Assembly: GCA_037447605.1 (NCBI GenBank)
Contig: CM074820.1
Location: 620,001 to 684,000, forward strand
Length of the DNA: 64,000 bases
From: Zygnema circumcarinatum SAG 698-1b
Taxonomy: Eukaryota; Plantae; Zygnematophyceae
Direction of reading: 5' to 3'
Part shown: positions 1 through 13,378 of the stretch, piece after piece
Layout of the letters: each line of letters begins with the position of its first letter
Numbering within the stretch: position 1 is the stretch's first letter
Notes under the pieces: model-generated
The model's input: only the letters and a program-made list of their open reading frames with translations
The model's database searches: none
What the model was told of the DNA's origin: nothing
Made by a program: the position numbers and the translations under genes

Positions 1-1208
1 GCGGCGTTCTGAGCACTCTAAAGGACCTCATAAAGTCCTTCAACAAACAGAAGCAGCCGCGCAGGTCCTCCCTCCCTCCCTCCCTCCCTCTCAAATGAGC
101 TTAAAAAAAAAAAAAAAAAATGAAATGGGTTTGTCAGAAATGAGTTTTTAGAAAGGTTTGCAGGTCTGTAACTAAACAGATTTGCAGGTTTGCAAATCAG
201 CAGGTTTATAGATTCTCCTTTATTTATGTATATCTATTTTTTATTTTTTCTTTCTGCAGCCACCTGGTGGACTTGGTGCAGACAACGCACTTGGCGCTGA
301 GAATGGTTGAAGATATGATCGAAGCAGATGGAGAACTGAGAGTGAGCGAGCTTTCCTTCAATTTTGAAAAAAAATACTAAAAAACAAACATTCAAAATTG
401 TCCGACGTTGGTGTTTAAAATACAAGAATCTGGTTGTAAACTTATGTAACCTTTTTCATTTTTGTAACTTTGCTAACCCAAAGTAGCTCAGCTCAACAGC
501 CCTAAAGTTAAAAAGTAAAGTGACTCGGGAAATTTCTCTTCACAGGTGCTTGCGAAGAAGCGGAATGTGCGGAAAAAAGGAGGAAAGGGAGGTGTGGGAG
601 AGGGAGGAGGTCAGGGAGAGGAAAAGAGAGAGAGTGCAGGAGAAGCTTTGAGAGATGGGAACGGAACAAATGCGGACAATCTCAGGGAGGGAGATGGTGA
701 TACTGCTGATAATAGACATAGTGGAAGGGGAGGGAGAGAGAGGGAGGGAGAGAGGGAGGAGAGCGGTATAGAGCGAGAGCAAAATGAGAGAGAACGAGAG
801 GGAGAGCAAGGCCCGAACGAAGGCGATGAGGATGACCAAGGAGAAGGAAGACAAGCAGCGGGTGGAAGAGAGAGAGAGAGAGTGAGAGAGCGAGAGCGAG
901 AGGTAGATGGAGCGGTAGAGGGAGAGAGAGAGGAGGGTGATGCGAATGCCGATTCGGAGAAAGAAGATGATGATCGGACGATGGAAGTTTCGCTTAATTT
1001 TGCGAAAGTTTTGCGAAGTTTCTGCGACTGCTCGGTGGTGCAGAGTCTCTGTTGGCTATTGGAGTCGTACGGACAGAACAGCAAACAGACCACCTACTGC
1101 ATTGTGAGGACGCTGCAAAGGATATGCGACGACTGCGGGATGGAGCCAATGCTGTACCAGGTAATCACTCCCACTCTCTCTTTATCTATCTCTCTCTCTC
1201 TCCCCTCC

Positions 1209-1292
<84 letters not shown>

Positions 1293-1295
1293 CCA

Positions 1296-1329
<34 letters not shown>

Positions 1330-1384
1330 CCTCCCACTCTCTCTCTCTCTCCCTCCCACTCTCTCTCTCTCTCTCTCCCTCCCA

Positions 1385-1436
<52 letters not shown>

Positions 1437-1438
1437 CT

Positions 1439-1535
<97 letters not shown>

Positions 1536-4500
1536 CAGCTCCTTTGTCTCTCTTTGGTCTGTCTTTTCAGACTCTCCCACATGTAACTGTCAAAAAGACC
1601 ATAGAAACCACAATCCTTTTCCTCATCAATTGTGTTATAACTTTTCTTATTTCCTTAAATCTCGAAGCAGGTTTCCATTTTATCGACATTTTATCGCATT
1701 ATGTCGGATTCCACGATTCAACGATCAAAAGACCACAAAATGCTTTTGGACTTTGTTACCAAAGTGGTCCGTGGGCTCTTCAAAAAACTGAAGAAGCAAC
1801 CTTCTCTATTTGTTGAGCTTCTCTTTTGGAAGGGCCGTACGGACTGTCACAACATTACGGCGGACTACATGCTCCACGGTTGGAACGGAAAACAGAAAAA
1901 CCGCAGAAATTTCTCGGTCAGAGTTGCACTTGGAGAAGACGAGGCAGGAAATGGTTTACATGATGATGATGTTTTTGGAGATGTTGGGTGAGTTTGTTTG
2001 ACTTTGCACGGGAGAGGGAGGGGGAGGGAGGGTGGAGGGGGGAGAGGGAGGGTGGAGGGGGGGGGAGGGAAAGAGGGAGAGGGGGGAGGGAGTGGGAGGG
2101 AGAGGGAGGGGGAGGGAGGGCAGAAGGGGAGGCGGACGTGGAGAGGGAGAGGGGGAGGGGAGAGGGGAGAGAGGAGGGTAATGGAAGGGAGAGATAGAGG
2201 GAGGGGCAGAAAGGGAGGGGAAGGGGGAAGGGACGGGAAGGGAGATGGAGTAGGAAGAGTGAGAGAGGGAGGGGGTGGGGGAGGGAAGGGGACGATCGAG
2301 AGTGGCGAGCGGAGGCAGAGTGAAAGATATAGACAGAAGGGAATAGAAAGAAAAGCTCTCTGTTAAGATTATCAATGGATCTCTGTATGTTATGGAAAAC
2401 AACTTTCAGTTCTCGGAAATTGCAGAAAGTGAAACTGTAACTGAATCAGTCAGTTTGTACTGAAACTGTGGCTTGATGTGCAGGCGACGCTCCGCCGATG
2501 AAGCTCCGAACCTCTCCGCAAAAATTCAAAAAGAGGCGAAAAAGAAGAAGGGTCTCGGTCCCTTCAGTGAAGAGCAGAATGAACAAATCAAACAGCTTTT
2601 TGAAATGTAAGCTTTCTATTCTATTGGAAACCCTAAAATTTAAAATTCTTAGTAAATATTCGAAAGAAATATATTCAAATAGTAAAAGGTTTTGACATTG
2701 CGAGAGAAAACGGGCCTTATTTTTTCTGTTTTCTTTTTTTTTTGGTGGGTCGGGGGGGCGGGTAGACATAAATCGAGGAAAAATGTTGCTGAGCTCATAA
2801 CCAATGAGCTTTTGCCACGTGGCACCTTCACAAAAGTACAGGTGGCGCGCCGTCTGAAGGTGCTCGGCCTCAAGCGGGAGCCTCTGAATACGACAAAACG
2901 GAAATTTACGTTTTTGGACTCTGACGATGACAACGAGAACGGCGAAAAAGAGAGCGATCCATGTGGAAATTTGGAAAATGTGGAAAAAAATAATAGTGTA
3001 AATCGATCGGATTCAGTGAAATTGGGAAAGAAGAGAAGAAAGTCTTTTTTTTCAGAAGGTGACGATAAATTAATTGCCGAATTAGCCGCCAGGTACGGCC
3101 CTTTTTCCGTTACATTGTGTCCAATTTTTTATTTTTAATGTTTGCACATTTTCATTTTTAAAGAAGTTAATTACTTCAAATCTTATTGAGATAAGATTTT
3201 TTCTTCGTTTTGTCTTTTCTTGTGACGTAGGTACAACGGAAGGCGAGGTATTGGAGATTCGATTGCACAAGAATTGGGAGGAAAGTTCACAGCTGCCCAA
3301 ATTCTTCGGCGGATGAAAATTTTGGGCATTAGTAAGAAGCCATCTGTTCAGGGGGCAGAAAAGAAACAAAAAATATTTTCGGGCAGCGATGAGTTTGAGG
3401 AAGATGAGGATGGTCTTGATGCCATCAGTGAGGCAGCTGTCAAGTGGAGCACTCAGAAGCTCCTCCTTGATGGTCAGTTCTTCCCTCTCTCCCTCTCCTC
3501 TCCCTCTCCCTCTCCTCTCCCGCTCCCTCTCCTCTCCCTATCCTTCTCCCTCCTCCCACTCCCTCTCCTCCCTCTCCTCTCCCTCTCCCTCTCCTCTCCC
3601 TATCCTTCTCCCTTCTCTCCCTCTCCCTCTTCCTCTCCCTCTCCTTCTCCCTCCTCTCCCTCTCCCTCTCGCTGCTCTCCATCCTCCTCTCCGTCTCCCT
3701 CGCCCTCTCCCTTTCAATCCTATTTTCCCTCTCAATCCTCGTCAGCCCCCTCCTTTTCTCCTTCCTCCTCTCCTTCTCTCTCTCCCTATTCCTCTCCGTC
3801 TCCTCTCCCCTCTCCGTCCCCCTCTCCTTCTCGCCCTCCTTCCCCCCTCTCCCTCTCCTCCGTGCCTCACTTCTCCTCTCACTTGCTCACCTTATTCCCC
3901 CCCTCTTCCTTGGCCCGCCCTTGCTACTACTTTCCCTTTCCTACCTCTGTGTCTCTCCCATTCCTCTCTCCCTCGGCACTCCCTCCCTTTTCTGTCTTTA
4001 AATGGTGGAGTAAATGCTGTACTTTTCTGCCTTCCCTCTACCTCTCTGCCTCTCGCCTCTCCCTCTATCCCTCTCCCCTTTGCCATTTTTCAACCTGGGC
4101 ATCTTCAGTATTCTTACAATGTGTGCCTTTGTTGATTGCAGGAACAAAAGATGGATCTAAATGTTTGGATTGGGTAACTGAGCACATGGAACGAGCTCTC
4201 GCTTTACGGAAACTGTCAAACGAGCGCGTACATGGAGACTCCATTGTCGCCCTTGAACCCGACGAAAATTGGGACGTCAGAAATGGCAAAAATTTGAGCA
4301 ATCTTTTATCAGGTGAGACTTTATCCTTATTCTATGTCAGTTTCAGTTTCAATCTCCGTTTTTAAGCCCTCCCGGATTCCGCTTTGATGGGGAAGAACAA
4401 GATGGAGGGTCCAAACTGATAACTAATATTTCAAATTTTCTAATCAATTAATCTGCTGTTTCTTCTTTTTTTTTTTTAAACTTGCTCGTTTTTACCTTCA

Positions 4501-5235
4501 TGCATCTATACATAATGTTTTTTTTTCTTGGCAGCTCTATGCTTTCAAAAATCCGGAAATGGCAGTGCCAGCTGGCAAATTCCCGGAACATGTACTTCGG
4601 AACAACTGGCAAGTTCAATAGAGTGGATTGAAGCAGCTTCCAAGAACCTTCCTGTGGAAATTCCATCTTCCTTGGAGCGAAAAGGACGAACAGGGAGCGG
4701 AAAGAAGGGAAAGAAGAAGAGAAGCAGCCTTGTGGACAATGTGGAAAATGTGAAAAAGAAGAGAAAGAATAAAGAAAATGGGGTGAAAGATAAGAGGCGT
4801 AGAAAGGGGGGGGTCGGAATGGATGAAGATGTGCTCTCCCTTGAAAAGAGAGAGGAAGAGCGGGAGGGTGAGAGGGAGCAGGGGGGAGGAGATGAAGGAG
4901 AGAGCAGAGACAGAGGAGAGAGCGGGGAGGGGGTAAAGAGGGGGGAGAGTGGAGAGCGGGAGGAGATTGGGGAGAGCAGCGAGGGAGGAGAGAATGGAGA
5001 GAGCGACGGTAGTTTGAAGGTAAGGAGAATTGGAGGAAGAAAGCGAGCTGTGGAGGAGAGGAGGGCAGGAGAGGAAGGAGAGGAGAGAAGAGGCGGAGAG
5101 AGAGAGAGAGGGGGAGGTGAAGGGAAGCCTAAGAGACTCAAGCGAGTAGGAAGCGAGGAGGACGATCGTGTAGGGGATGCTGATGTTGATGAGGTGATGT
5201 ATGACGAGGATGATGTTTCTTTGGAGATATTATAA
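1..5235 (+). CDS. TIMELESS: TIMELESS/TIM1-family protein, 3' part (gene starts upstream of window)
   Basis: Exons 1-64, 260-341, 546-1160, 1671-1987, 2484-~2607, ~2767-3092, ~3232-3472, 4142-4312, 4535-5235 join in frame at GT/AG sites. Motifs KSFNKQKQPRSHLVDLV, MEPMLYQVSILSTFYRI, KKQPSLFVELLFWK and Myb-like TIMELESS_C repeats (TKVQVARRLKVLGL, TAAQILRRMKILG) match plant TIMELESS as I recall it. Confidence 0.85.
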
Positions 5236-5820
5236 GAGACAGAGACGTAAGGAGGCGGCATCTATGGGGAGTAAATGTCGCAAATAACTGACAGGGTGAT
5301 GTTTCCAAAGGGAAGAATTCGAGTGATGTTGTGGACAGAAGTGATGTTGTGGAAAGTACATAATGTGATGTAGACTTGTCAGAAGAGTATGAGGTGGGAA
5401 ACGCATTCAGGAGACTTAGATACCAAATTTTTGTATACAGAAGATAGAATTCTTGGACCCTTCGTTTTTTGCTTTTTTATATTTTTGTTGCTGACTGTCT
5501 TTATTGATTTTCAACGGAACAGTGAAAAAATGTACATAGGAATGACACTCTAAAGAGCCCTCCTTTATTCTGCAACTGGTGACATATCTCCGAAGGTGTC
5601 AAAAAGAAAATATCTTCTATCTACAAAGATGGACCCAATTTGGTTTTTCAAAGGAATGAAAAAATGCTACAGAACTGTCCCAAGGAAAAAAAAGTAGAGA
5701 AACCAAAGAACATGCTCTTTACAAGTCTAGACGCTCCTTTTATTATTTGTAAACCCCTTCCTATACTCCAAAAACAAACATGAGAGAGGGGGAGAGAGAG
5801 AGAGAGAGAGAGAGGTCAAG

Positions 5821-7036
5821 TTAGACAGTTCGGAGGTCACGGTGGAGGGTAGAGCTGAGCGAGGACTGCTGGCGATGCCACTTTGAGAGGAGGCCCTCAA
5901 ACTTGGAGACGAGGGCGTCCTTGGCTCTCAGCTCGCTCTCAAGATCCGCGATCTCCTGAAAGAGTGGGAGGAGAGAGGAGGGGCGGAGAGGGAGTGTGGA
6001 GGAGAGGGAGAGGAGGGGAGGAAGAGAGGAAGGGAGAGGAGAAGAGTGGAGAGGAGAGGGAGAGGACAGAGGAGGACGAGAGGGAGAGGAGAAGAGAGGA
6101 GAGGGAGAGGTCGAGAGGAGGAGAAGAGGGAGAGGAGAGGAGAGGACGAGAGGAGGAAGAGAGAGAGAGAGGGGAGAGGAGAGGGAGAGGACGAGAGGAG
6201 GAAGGGAGGGAGAGGAGAGGAGAGGGAGAGGACGAGAGGAGGAAGAGAGGGAGAGGAGAAGAGAGGGAGAGGACGAGAGGAGGAAGAGAGGGAGAGGAAA
6301 AGAGAGGCAGAGGAGATGGATGAATAGGAGAGTTAGGGTGGAACATAACTGAAACAGAACAGCAGCATAGAAACTAAGCCCTGCAGAGGGAGGCGGCACC
6401 TGTCTGAGCCGGCCCGCCCTGTCCCTCCGCCTCCTCGCGTGCAGTTCGCGCACGAACGAGAGCTCGAGCTCCTTCGCAGAGGCAGCGAACTGCCGCGCGT
6501 TGCGCTCTATGTCCGCTGAACGCATGCACACACATGCACAAATTAATCTATATAAACCTAATGAAATTTCAAAACATTCGCACAGCAAGCAGACAAAGCA
6601 CAACAAGCATCCATTTGGGATCGTTTATACGGAGCGTACTCAGAACAATGCATGCCTGTTTTTCTCCAAATTTGAGTAACGCAACAAGCGTGTGAGCATA
6701 CAGTGAAGGTGAAGGTCTGTCTGAATCAAGTTCCTCAAAAGCACTGCAAGGAAGCATGCACCAACATGCAAACCCTAAAAACCGAAAACTTAAAAACCAA
6801 AAAATAGAAACCCTAAAATGTGGAAGAATCTTCAACCCTAAAAACTGAAATCTGCAAACCCTAAAAACCAAAACCTGGAAACCCAAAAGCAGGGAGAAGC
6901 GCTGACCCGCGTCGGCGCCATGGCGGTCCGAGACCTGCAGCTCGCGCAGCGGCAGGAGGGCGAGCAGCGCGGCATCCATGGCGTCAACGAGGCGGAGCGC
7001 GCGCCACGTGTCCATCCCCTGCGCGTTTTCTGCCAT
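5821..7036 (-). CDS. MED28: Mediator subunit 28 (3 exons, 126 aa)
   Basis: complement(join(5821..5955,6400..6515,6907..7036)) = 381 nt, in frame. AMDAALLALLPLRELQVSDR / DIERNARQFAASAKELELSF / EIADLESELRAKDALV / LHRDLRTV resemble plant MED28 (ALEAALLPCLPARELQ, DVERHARDF, HRDELEKV). Confidence 0.85.
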
Positions 7037-7066
7037 GGTTCGCCGAGAAGTCGACACGTGGCACTC

Positions 7067-7189
7067 TTTAGGGTTTTAGGGTTTAGGTTTTAGGGTTTAG
7101 GGTTTAAGGTTTAGGGTTTAAGGGTTTTAGGGTTCCGGTTTTTAGGGTTTTTAGGGTTTTTTAGGGTTTAGGGTTTTTAAGGTTTTAGG
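7067..7189 (+). repeat. Degenerate telomere-like (T3-6AGGG)n array just upstream of MED28 start codon
   Basis: About 15 imperfect TTTAGGG/TTTTAGGG units read directly; reads as AAACCCTA telo-boxes in the MED28 sense direction. Confidence 0.9.
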
Positions 7190-7283
7190 ATCCTCCGCTT
7201 CGTCCTCCTCCCTTGGCGCGGAGGCGCTCTATGTCGCAGTTACGCGCTAGTTCGGTCGCCAGTTTGTAATCACGCTTCGGGAC

Positions 7284-7662
7284 TAGGGATGGATTAGTTA
7301 CGATTATATATTATATATTATATTATACAAGTGTGACGAATAGATAACGGCTGATATATATTAATTTACAACGCCTTTACAACATGTACGTGCGTACGGT
7401 CGTACGACTGTACGGTATTATGCGGCCCGAGCACGAGCAGACAGAAAACCAGACGAACGCATTTCGCAACGCCAACGCCAAAACGACCTAATTTTGGTAT
7501 GGTACGACCGTACGACCGTACTCGGTCGTACGGTCGTTAATTGTTCAAAACGAGTGGGTATAATATATGTAATAAATTGTTTTACTTTGTAATATATTAC
7601 TAATTTTAAACCCGTTGTAAATTATATAATATATTCGGAATTTATAACGCGGGCCATCCCTA
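7284..7662. mobile_element. Non-autonomous hAT-type element (MITE), 379 bp
   Basis: TIR TAGGGATGG...CCATCCCTA; perfect 8-bp TSD TTCGGGAC at 7276-7283 and 7663-7670; internal GTACGACC-type repeats; no ORF. Confidence 0.9.
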
Positions 7663-8352
7663 TTCGGGACACATAAATAGGTTTTAGAGCTGAATGGTTG
7701 TCAACCCTTGCCCCGTACGTATCGGTTCCCATACTGAATTTTAGATGTTTTGTGTAAATACCGTCTGACGATACGAGATGATATGACTTCTCAAGTGGTC
7801 AGTACTTGGTGATTACACGGTGAACTAAGATGCGAACTCTTAGGGAGTTTTCAAGGAGGTGCTTGTTCAACACGACTTTCATGCATGCCAACAATAATCC
7901 ACAGTGCATAACTCAATGTTTCTTTGGAGGAAATTGTCATTCTATATATATTAACATCCTGTTTTGCATACACAGTAAGTAGCTCAATATTTCTTTGGTC
8001 ACTCATAGCTAGCTTATCCAGAACATTGGCTACATGGGTATACATGTTATAGATGGGTGGGTGTAGGAACTGGCTATCGGCTATAGCTAGCTGTACATAT
8101 GATAATTGTGCGACCAATGCCACATCCTTTGCATTTTCTATATAAAGCAGGGCTAACGAAGCTAGTAACTTTACACATAATAGAAAACTCACGCCTCTCC
8201 ATCAACAATAGCAAGTAAACTGGCAAGTAAGACCATGGTACAAGTGGCTGCTGGCAAACTTTCATACACTCTCTTGCATACAAACGTAAGCATGCACAAG
8301 TACAAGTACAATCTTTTTTGTAAAGAAAAAGATTTGAAGTCGCGCAGCTTCT

Positions 8353-8917
8353 TCACGCATGCGCAGTTTGGCGGCGAGGAGTGATCATTTGAAGCTTCGC
8401 CGACTTATTCGTGGGGCGATAGATCGGCAAGCAGCCAAAGGCAGAGGATGTCTGCAAGTATGTACAGCAGCGCCAAGAAACATCAAAGAAACGAAGAAAA
8501 GAGAAGTTAAAAGCAGATATAATATTTATTGAAAGCTGCTTTATTCTTTCATTCCAAATTTTCTTTCACATTATTCATTTGATTTTAAGGGTTTTAGGGT
8601 TTTTAGGGTTTTCGTGGCATCAAGCTGAAAGTACCTGCGCGTCGAGGATCCTTTCGAGTTTCTTCACTTCGTTCTGCAGGTCGTTGTTCCAAAGCTTCTC
8701 CTGCACCCAAGTTTGCATGAAGAGAGGTTTCTGTGAATCGCTGTGACAAGACTTCCTCTCTAACAAGGCCGCTCTCCATGATCATGTGCGGTGTGCTGCA
8801 AAGCGCATGTGCGCACCATGCAATTGAGAACATCATTTTGCTTAAATGCATGATGGGAAGAGATCAGGGGAGTGAGGGAGGCAGCAAGAGAGGGCCCAGA
8901 GGTTTGGGAAAGGTTGA

Positions 8918-8969
<52 letters not shown>

Positions 8970-10678
8970 GAGAGAAAAGCAGAGAGAGAAAGCACCTTGT
9001 TGAGTTCCTCTGACACGGAGAGAATCTCCTCCCTGAGCATTACGCGCACAGTGTTGGCGGACGCATCGGCGACGGTCACTTTCTGTTTGAGCTCCGCGTT
9101 CTCCTTGTGCAGCCGTTTGGCCTCCTCCCCCACTGTGCTCAAAATGGAATTCATGGCTTCCTCCTTCTTCACTGCTTCCGCGAAATGCTCCGCCAAACGC
9201 TGCGAAGACACACACAGGGCTCAGCAAAAGTAGTTCAAAAAAAAAAGCATACAAAAAAAACACTAGGGTATTTTTAAAGGTAAAGGTATAGGCGTATAAA
9301 GATTCTGAATGTGTGATTAAGGAGGGTAGCGTTAGGTAGAGTTTAATAGTCGTAGACCAAGATATAATTTTGGTAATTTTGATATAATTTTAATAGTTTT
9401 AGATCACCAAGATCATCCGAAGAGTCTAAGAGATATGCACATGAACTCTGTCAATAAAATAAAGCATAAGCAATTCTCAGAGGATGCGTGGGTCTGTGGA
9501 GTTTTTTCCAAAAGTAGATTGGATGAAGGTTTGCTCTTACCTGCTTGTGTGTGCGAAGAAGCTCCACTGTGAAGGTGATGGGCCACACACTTTCGCTTGA
9601 AGCGGCCTCCAAACACTTGTCTGCATGTGTGCTTGCGCTCCATTATTCCATTAAACTGGTTATAGGAGTGACTACTCATTAGTCATTAACATTCCGCTAA
9701 GAAAAAAGTTTACAGGGGAGAACAGAAGAGGTGAGAGGGTGAGAGAGGAGGGAGACGAGGAACGACCTTTGGAGGAGAAAGTGATACGAGTGCGGGAGAG
9801 GAGGAAGGTGTTGGAAACTTAGCGCAAAACGGAGTGATATAAGACGACGGATGAGAGAGAGAGACAGAGGAGCGGGAGGGTCCTGAGGGAGAGGGAGAGT
9901 GCTTAAAATTTTGATGGAGCATAGGTGGGAGAGAAGCTGCTTACTCTGCGTAGTCATAACCTTTATTTTAGGGTTTTAGGGTTTTGACATGACATCCAAT
10001 AGCATGCAATGTTTTGCAGGAAAGTTTGTATGAGAAAACCTGAAAGTTTTTCAGTAGTAATGAGGTCGATGAGCTCCATAAACTTCTCCTTATTGGGGGA
10101 TTCCTTGTGCTTCAGAATGTAAGCATGCACCGCATAATATAAGTTGTCATGTAACAGTCGAGCACTGTCAGGAATTTTTTGCACAAGGCTTTCAAATGTT
10201 TCCATTGATAATGTTTTATCACGGCTAGATAACTCCTGCGCAATATTAAAAAATAAAAGATATCAGATTAACAATTTTTTCCAAGTGAAATGTCTTTTGT
10301 TTTCACTTTCCTGCTGAATAAAGACGACATATTTCCACTTTCCTTCACAAGGGTACAAGCATTACACCTTCAGATATCGGTCGATGAGATTCGCTGCTTC
10401 GTGCATGGCTCCGGAATTTGACATCTCCTCAATGCTTTTCGGAGTCACAAACTTCGACAAAAAACTTATAATTTCGTCGACATTTAAGCGCAAGAGATCC
10501 TCCACACTCGCACGGTTGAATTGCTCTGCGATTTGGCTGCACAAACCCTAAACCAAGTTTCAGTCAAATTTTCCTATTTCCAGGAGGATTTTAGGGTTTT
10601 TAGGGCTTTCAGGTTCAAGAAAGTTCACTTGTACAGTTGGCAGATGCGTAAAAAGATAGACTCTCTCTCTCTCTCTCG

Positions 10679-10773
<95 letters not shown>

Positions 10774-12734
10774 GTTATGTTGAATAATACGGACATAGAA
10801 CCGCACCTTTCTAACTTCTCTCTGCATTCAGTCGTTGTCTCTATAGAAGTCGCCGCCTTGTAAAGATGAATAAAATATTCCATCGTGAGGGAGTTGGTGT
10901 TTGCTGGAAGCAGCTCAACGAGCTTTTCAACGAGGACTCTCCATTGTTGCAATTGAGAAGGGTTCACAGATTGCCGGTCATTTTTTATGTCCTGCCATGT
11001 GTTTCACATTGGAAAAGGTTCTGTCAGGACTTTCAGGGTTTAGGTCAAACCTGCACGAAGGGATTTTTTAAGAAGTTGCTATTCTGCTTGACATTTCATA
11101 TTCTGTTGAATTGAACTCACTTGAATATTCGGCAGCAGCCGCCGACCATATAGCTCCATCGAATGGTTTATTTCTTCTTCAAGTAAGCCCTTCCTTCTAC
11201 AGAACAAAAACATAAAAGGAAAATTAATTATACAGAAAACGGATAACAAAAGGGAAGTCTTGGTGATGTTCCTTGTCTTTCCTTCCCTTTTTCCCTTTTA
11301 CCAGTAACAGTGTGTAGAACGAAAATCTCAAAGCAGGTTCAGAAGAGGGATATTTGACTGCTTTCAAGAAACCTTGAATCCCTAAGAGAAGAAAGACTTC
11401 AAGGAACTCAACTTGAATCCCTCGATGAGTCGCAAGTAGAAGTCAGATCGGAGGCTCAGGAAAACCTCGGACATATGTATCTTTTCCTCCTGCACATACA
11501 TACATACATACATACATACATCCCATTAGACGCCAATCAAAACTGGAACAAAAAACCCCTAAAAACCCTAAAAAACAGAAACAAAATCTTCAAGTATCTT
11601 CTGATGTATTACAGTACGATCGATTCTTCTCTCTCACCGGATTTTGAATTCCCCCGTCAGTGATAGCATCGATGCACTGCCCCACGATGCCCGCATACTG
11701 CGCATGGGGAGGCAGTTCCTCGCAGCTCTTCAATATGGCGAAGGCATCTTGCCACTTAGTCTCCAGAATCCTCCCAAGAGAGTTGCTTGCAATGCTAGCC
11801 AAGTTTCCTTCTCGACTCGCTCCCGACGATGATGCATCAAACATTTCCAAGTGCATTGCTGCGCAGAAGATGTAAGAAACACACCGATTAGTAATTTGAT
11901 TACTCTCCCTGGAAGTTCCCTTTCTTGAAGTTCTATCAAACGAATTCAAATTTTGTAAGAGAAAGCAGCTTCCCTAGCTAGTTGAAGATTCAAGCTTGTA
12001 TGCATACTGGTTCCTAGATTTGAGGACTATTACCAAGCATTTTTAAAACTGCATTTTTTCTTACCCGCGCACAGTAACGGAGCCACGTTCCGCGCGTCAA
12101 TGTCAACATTGGCGGTGTAGCAGAAGGCCGCCACAAGCTTGAAGGCCTCCTTGCCACCTGGCAGGTCTGAGAGGTCCACACGTGTCTTGCCAGTGTTCGT
12201 ATCAAGGGCAGCAATGCGGGAGAGGAAGTCGGTCTGCGCCAAAAAAGAGAGTTAAGACTTTAAATAATTTTATGTTGCTGAAGCTATTTAGACAAAGATA
12301 CACACCTTTTTTTAACGTTCCAATCATTCACATTTTCATAATACATGTTCCTCAGATATCTGAAACTTGCGAGTTATGAAGTAGGAGAAATAATTAGACT
12401 ATCAAATTGAAGGTGTCGTGCATAAACTCACCTTGCAGTATAGCGGAAATTTGTGAACCGGAAAGTCGAAATTTGGGTCAAAATGGACAGTTAAGTCGCT
12501 TTCCATGCCAAACCCTTTCATCCCTGCAATCTCCATCCCGTCACTTGCGCCTTGTTTGGAGGGGAGTTGGCTATTCCTGATTAGCTTCGTGGAACCGTCC
12601 TTTCCAGTCCTGAGCATGGCCATCTCCGTATCCTTAATGATTTCGTTCACGGGCTGCAAGTAAGCTAAATCTGCAGCACTTAAAGTAGTGCTCGATGATA
12701 GTGATCCTGTCTGAGGCCGTTGCTTTGTAGCCAT
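8353..12734 (-). CDS. NPH3/RPT2-like (NRL) BTB/POZ + NPH3 domain + coiled-coil protein, 12 exons
   Basis: Exons 12432-12734, 12065-12233, 11638-11858, 11413-11489, 11121-11196, 10807-10991, 10368-10536, 10040-10235, 9541-9620, 8996-9199, 8635-8700, 8353-8451 give a continuous frame. BTB (FPVHKFPL, DLPGGKEAFKLVAAFCY, EGNL), NPH3 (ASVEDLL, ARLLHDNLYYAVHAY, KLS) and a C-terminal coiled coil are visible. Confidence 0.85.
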
Positions 12735-13378
12735 ATTGCTCGGACCAGGAAGAAGCTTAATTCGTAAAATGAAAAACTTGCAATGCTACTTTCTTGAACC
12801 CCAATAGTAACAGTGAAGGAGCCTAATTTATGTGCTCCATGTCCTGAGGAGGCATCGCTTTCCAGCGGTCGATCGCGCGACTTGGGTCGCCAGAGCGGCA
12901 CTGCGCGTCGACTTCAACGGCCGCGATTGACGGCAACTTTTCGCTGTCGGGGTTTAAGGTTCGACGGCTCTTGGACGGCCGGCCAATGGGAAGGCGCGAA
13001 AGTGCATGTCGCGGCAAATTTATCGCTGCCCGCGGGTCCGGGCAGACCGAGAAAGAAAGCTGTATGTCTGGCATTGGACTGCGATGGCCTGGAAGGTCAG
13101 TTGTGCTCATGACTCTTTTATTATTTTCGTCCTTAGGTCAACTGTGAGCGGTTTTTTCCTCGTGGTTCTTTCTCCATGTTGTTGCTGTTCTTGTTGGCCA
13201 TGCATGCATGTTTATGTTATGGCATGGCTATCATGAGACCCATGCCAGATCCTTCCTATTCACAATACAATGCTTTGGGAGTTGCGATGCGACGCATGCT
13301 GGCATGTGCCATGGTCTGATGTAGGGATGTATGTGGAGGTGTAGAGTTACGATCGCTAAAGTACGGCCATCAAATAGC

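Noticed and set aside
7067-7189. True chromosome end or fusion point
   Set aside because: Short, degenerate, single-orientation array embedded between intact genes.
7851-8192. 113-aa minus-strand ORF
   Set aside because: Non-ATG start, AT-rich, no motif; lies directly downstream of the NRL stop, so probably 3' UTR.
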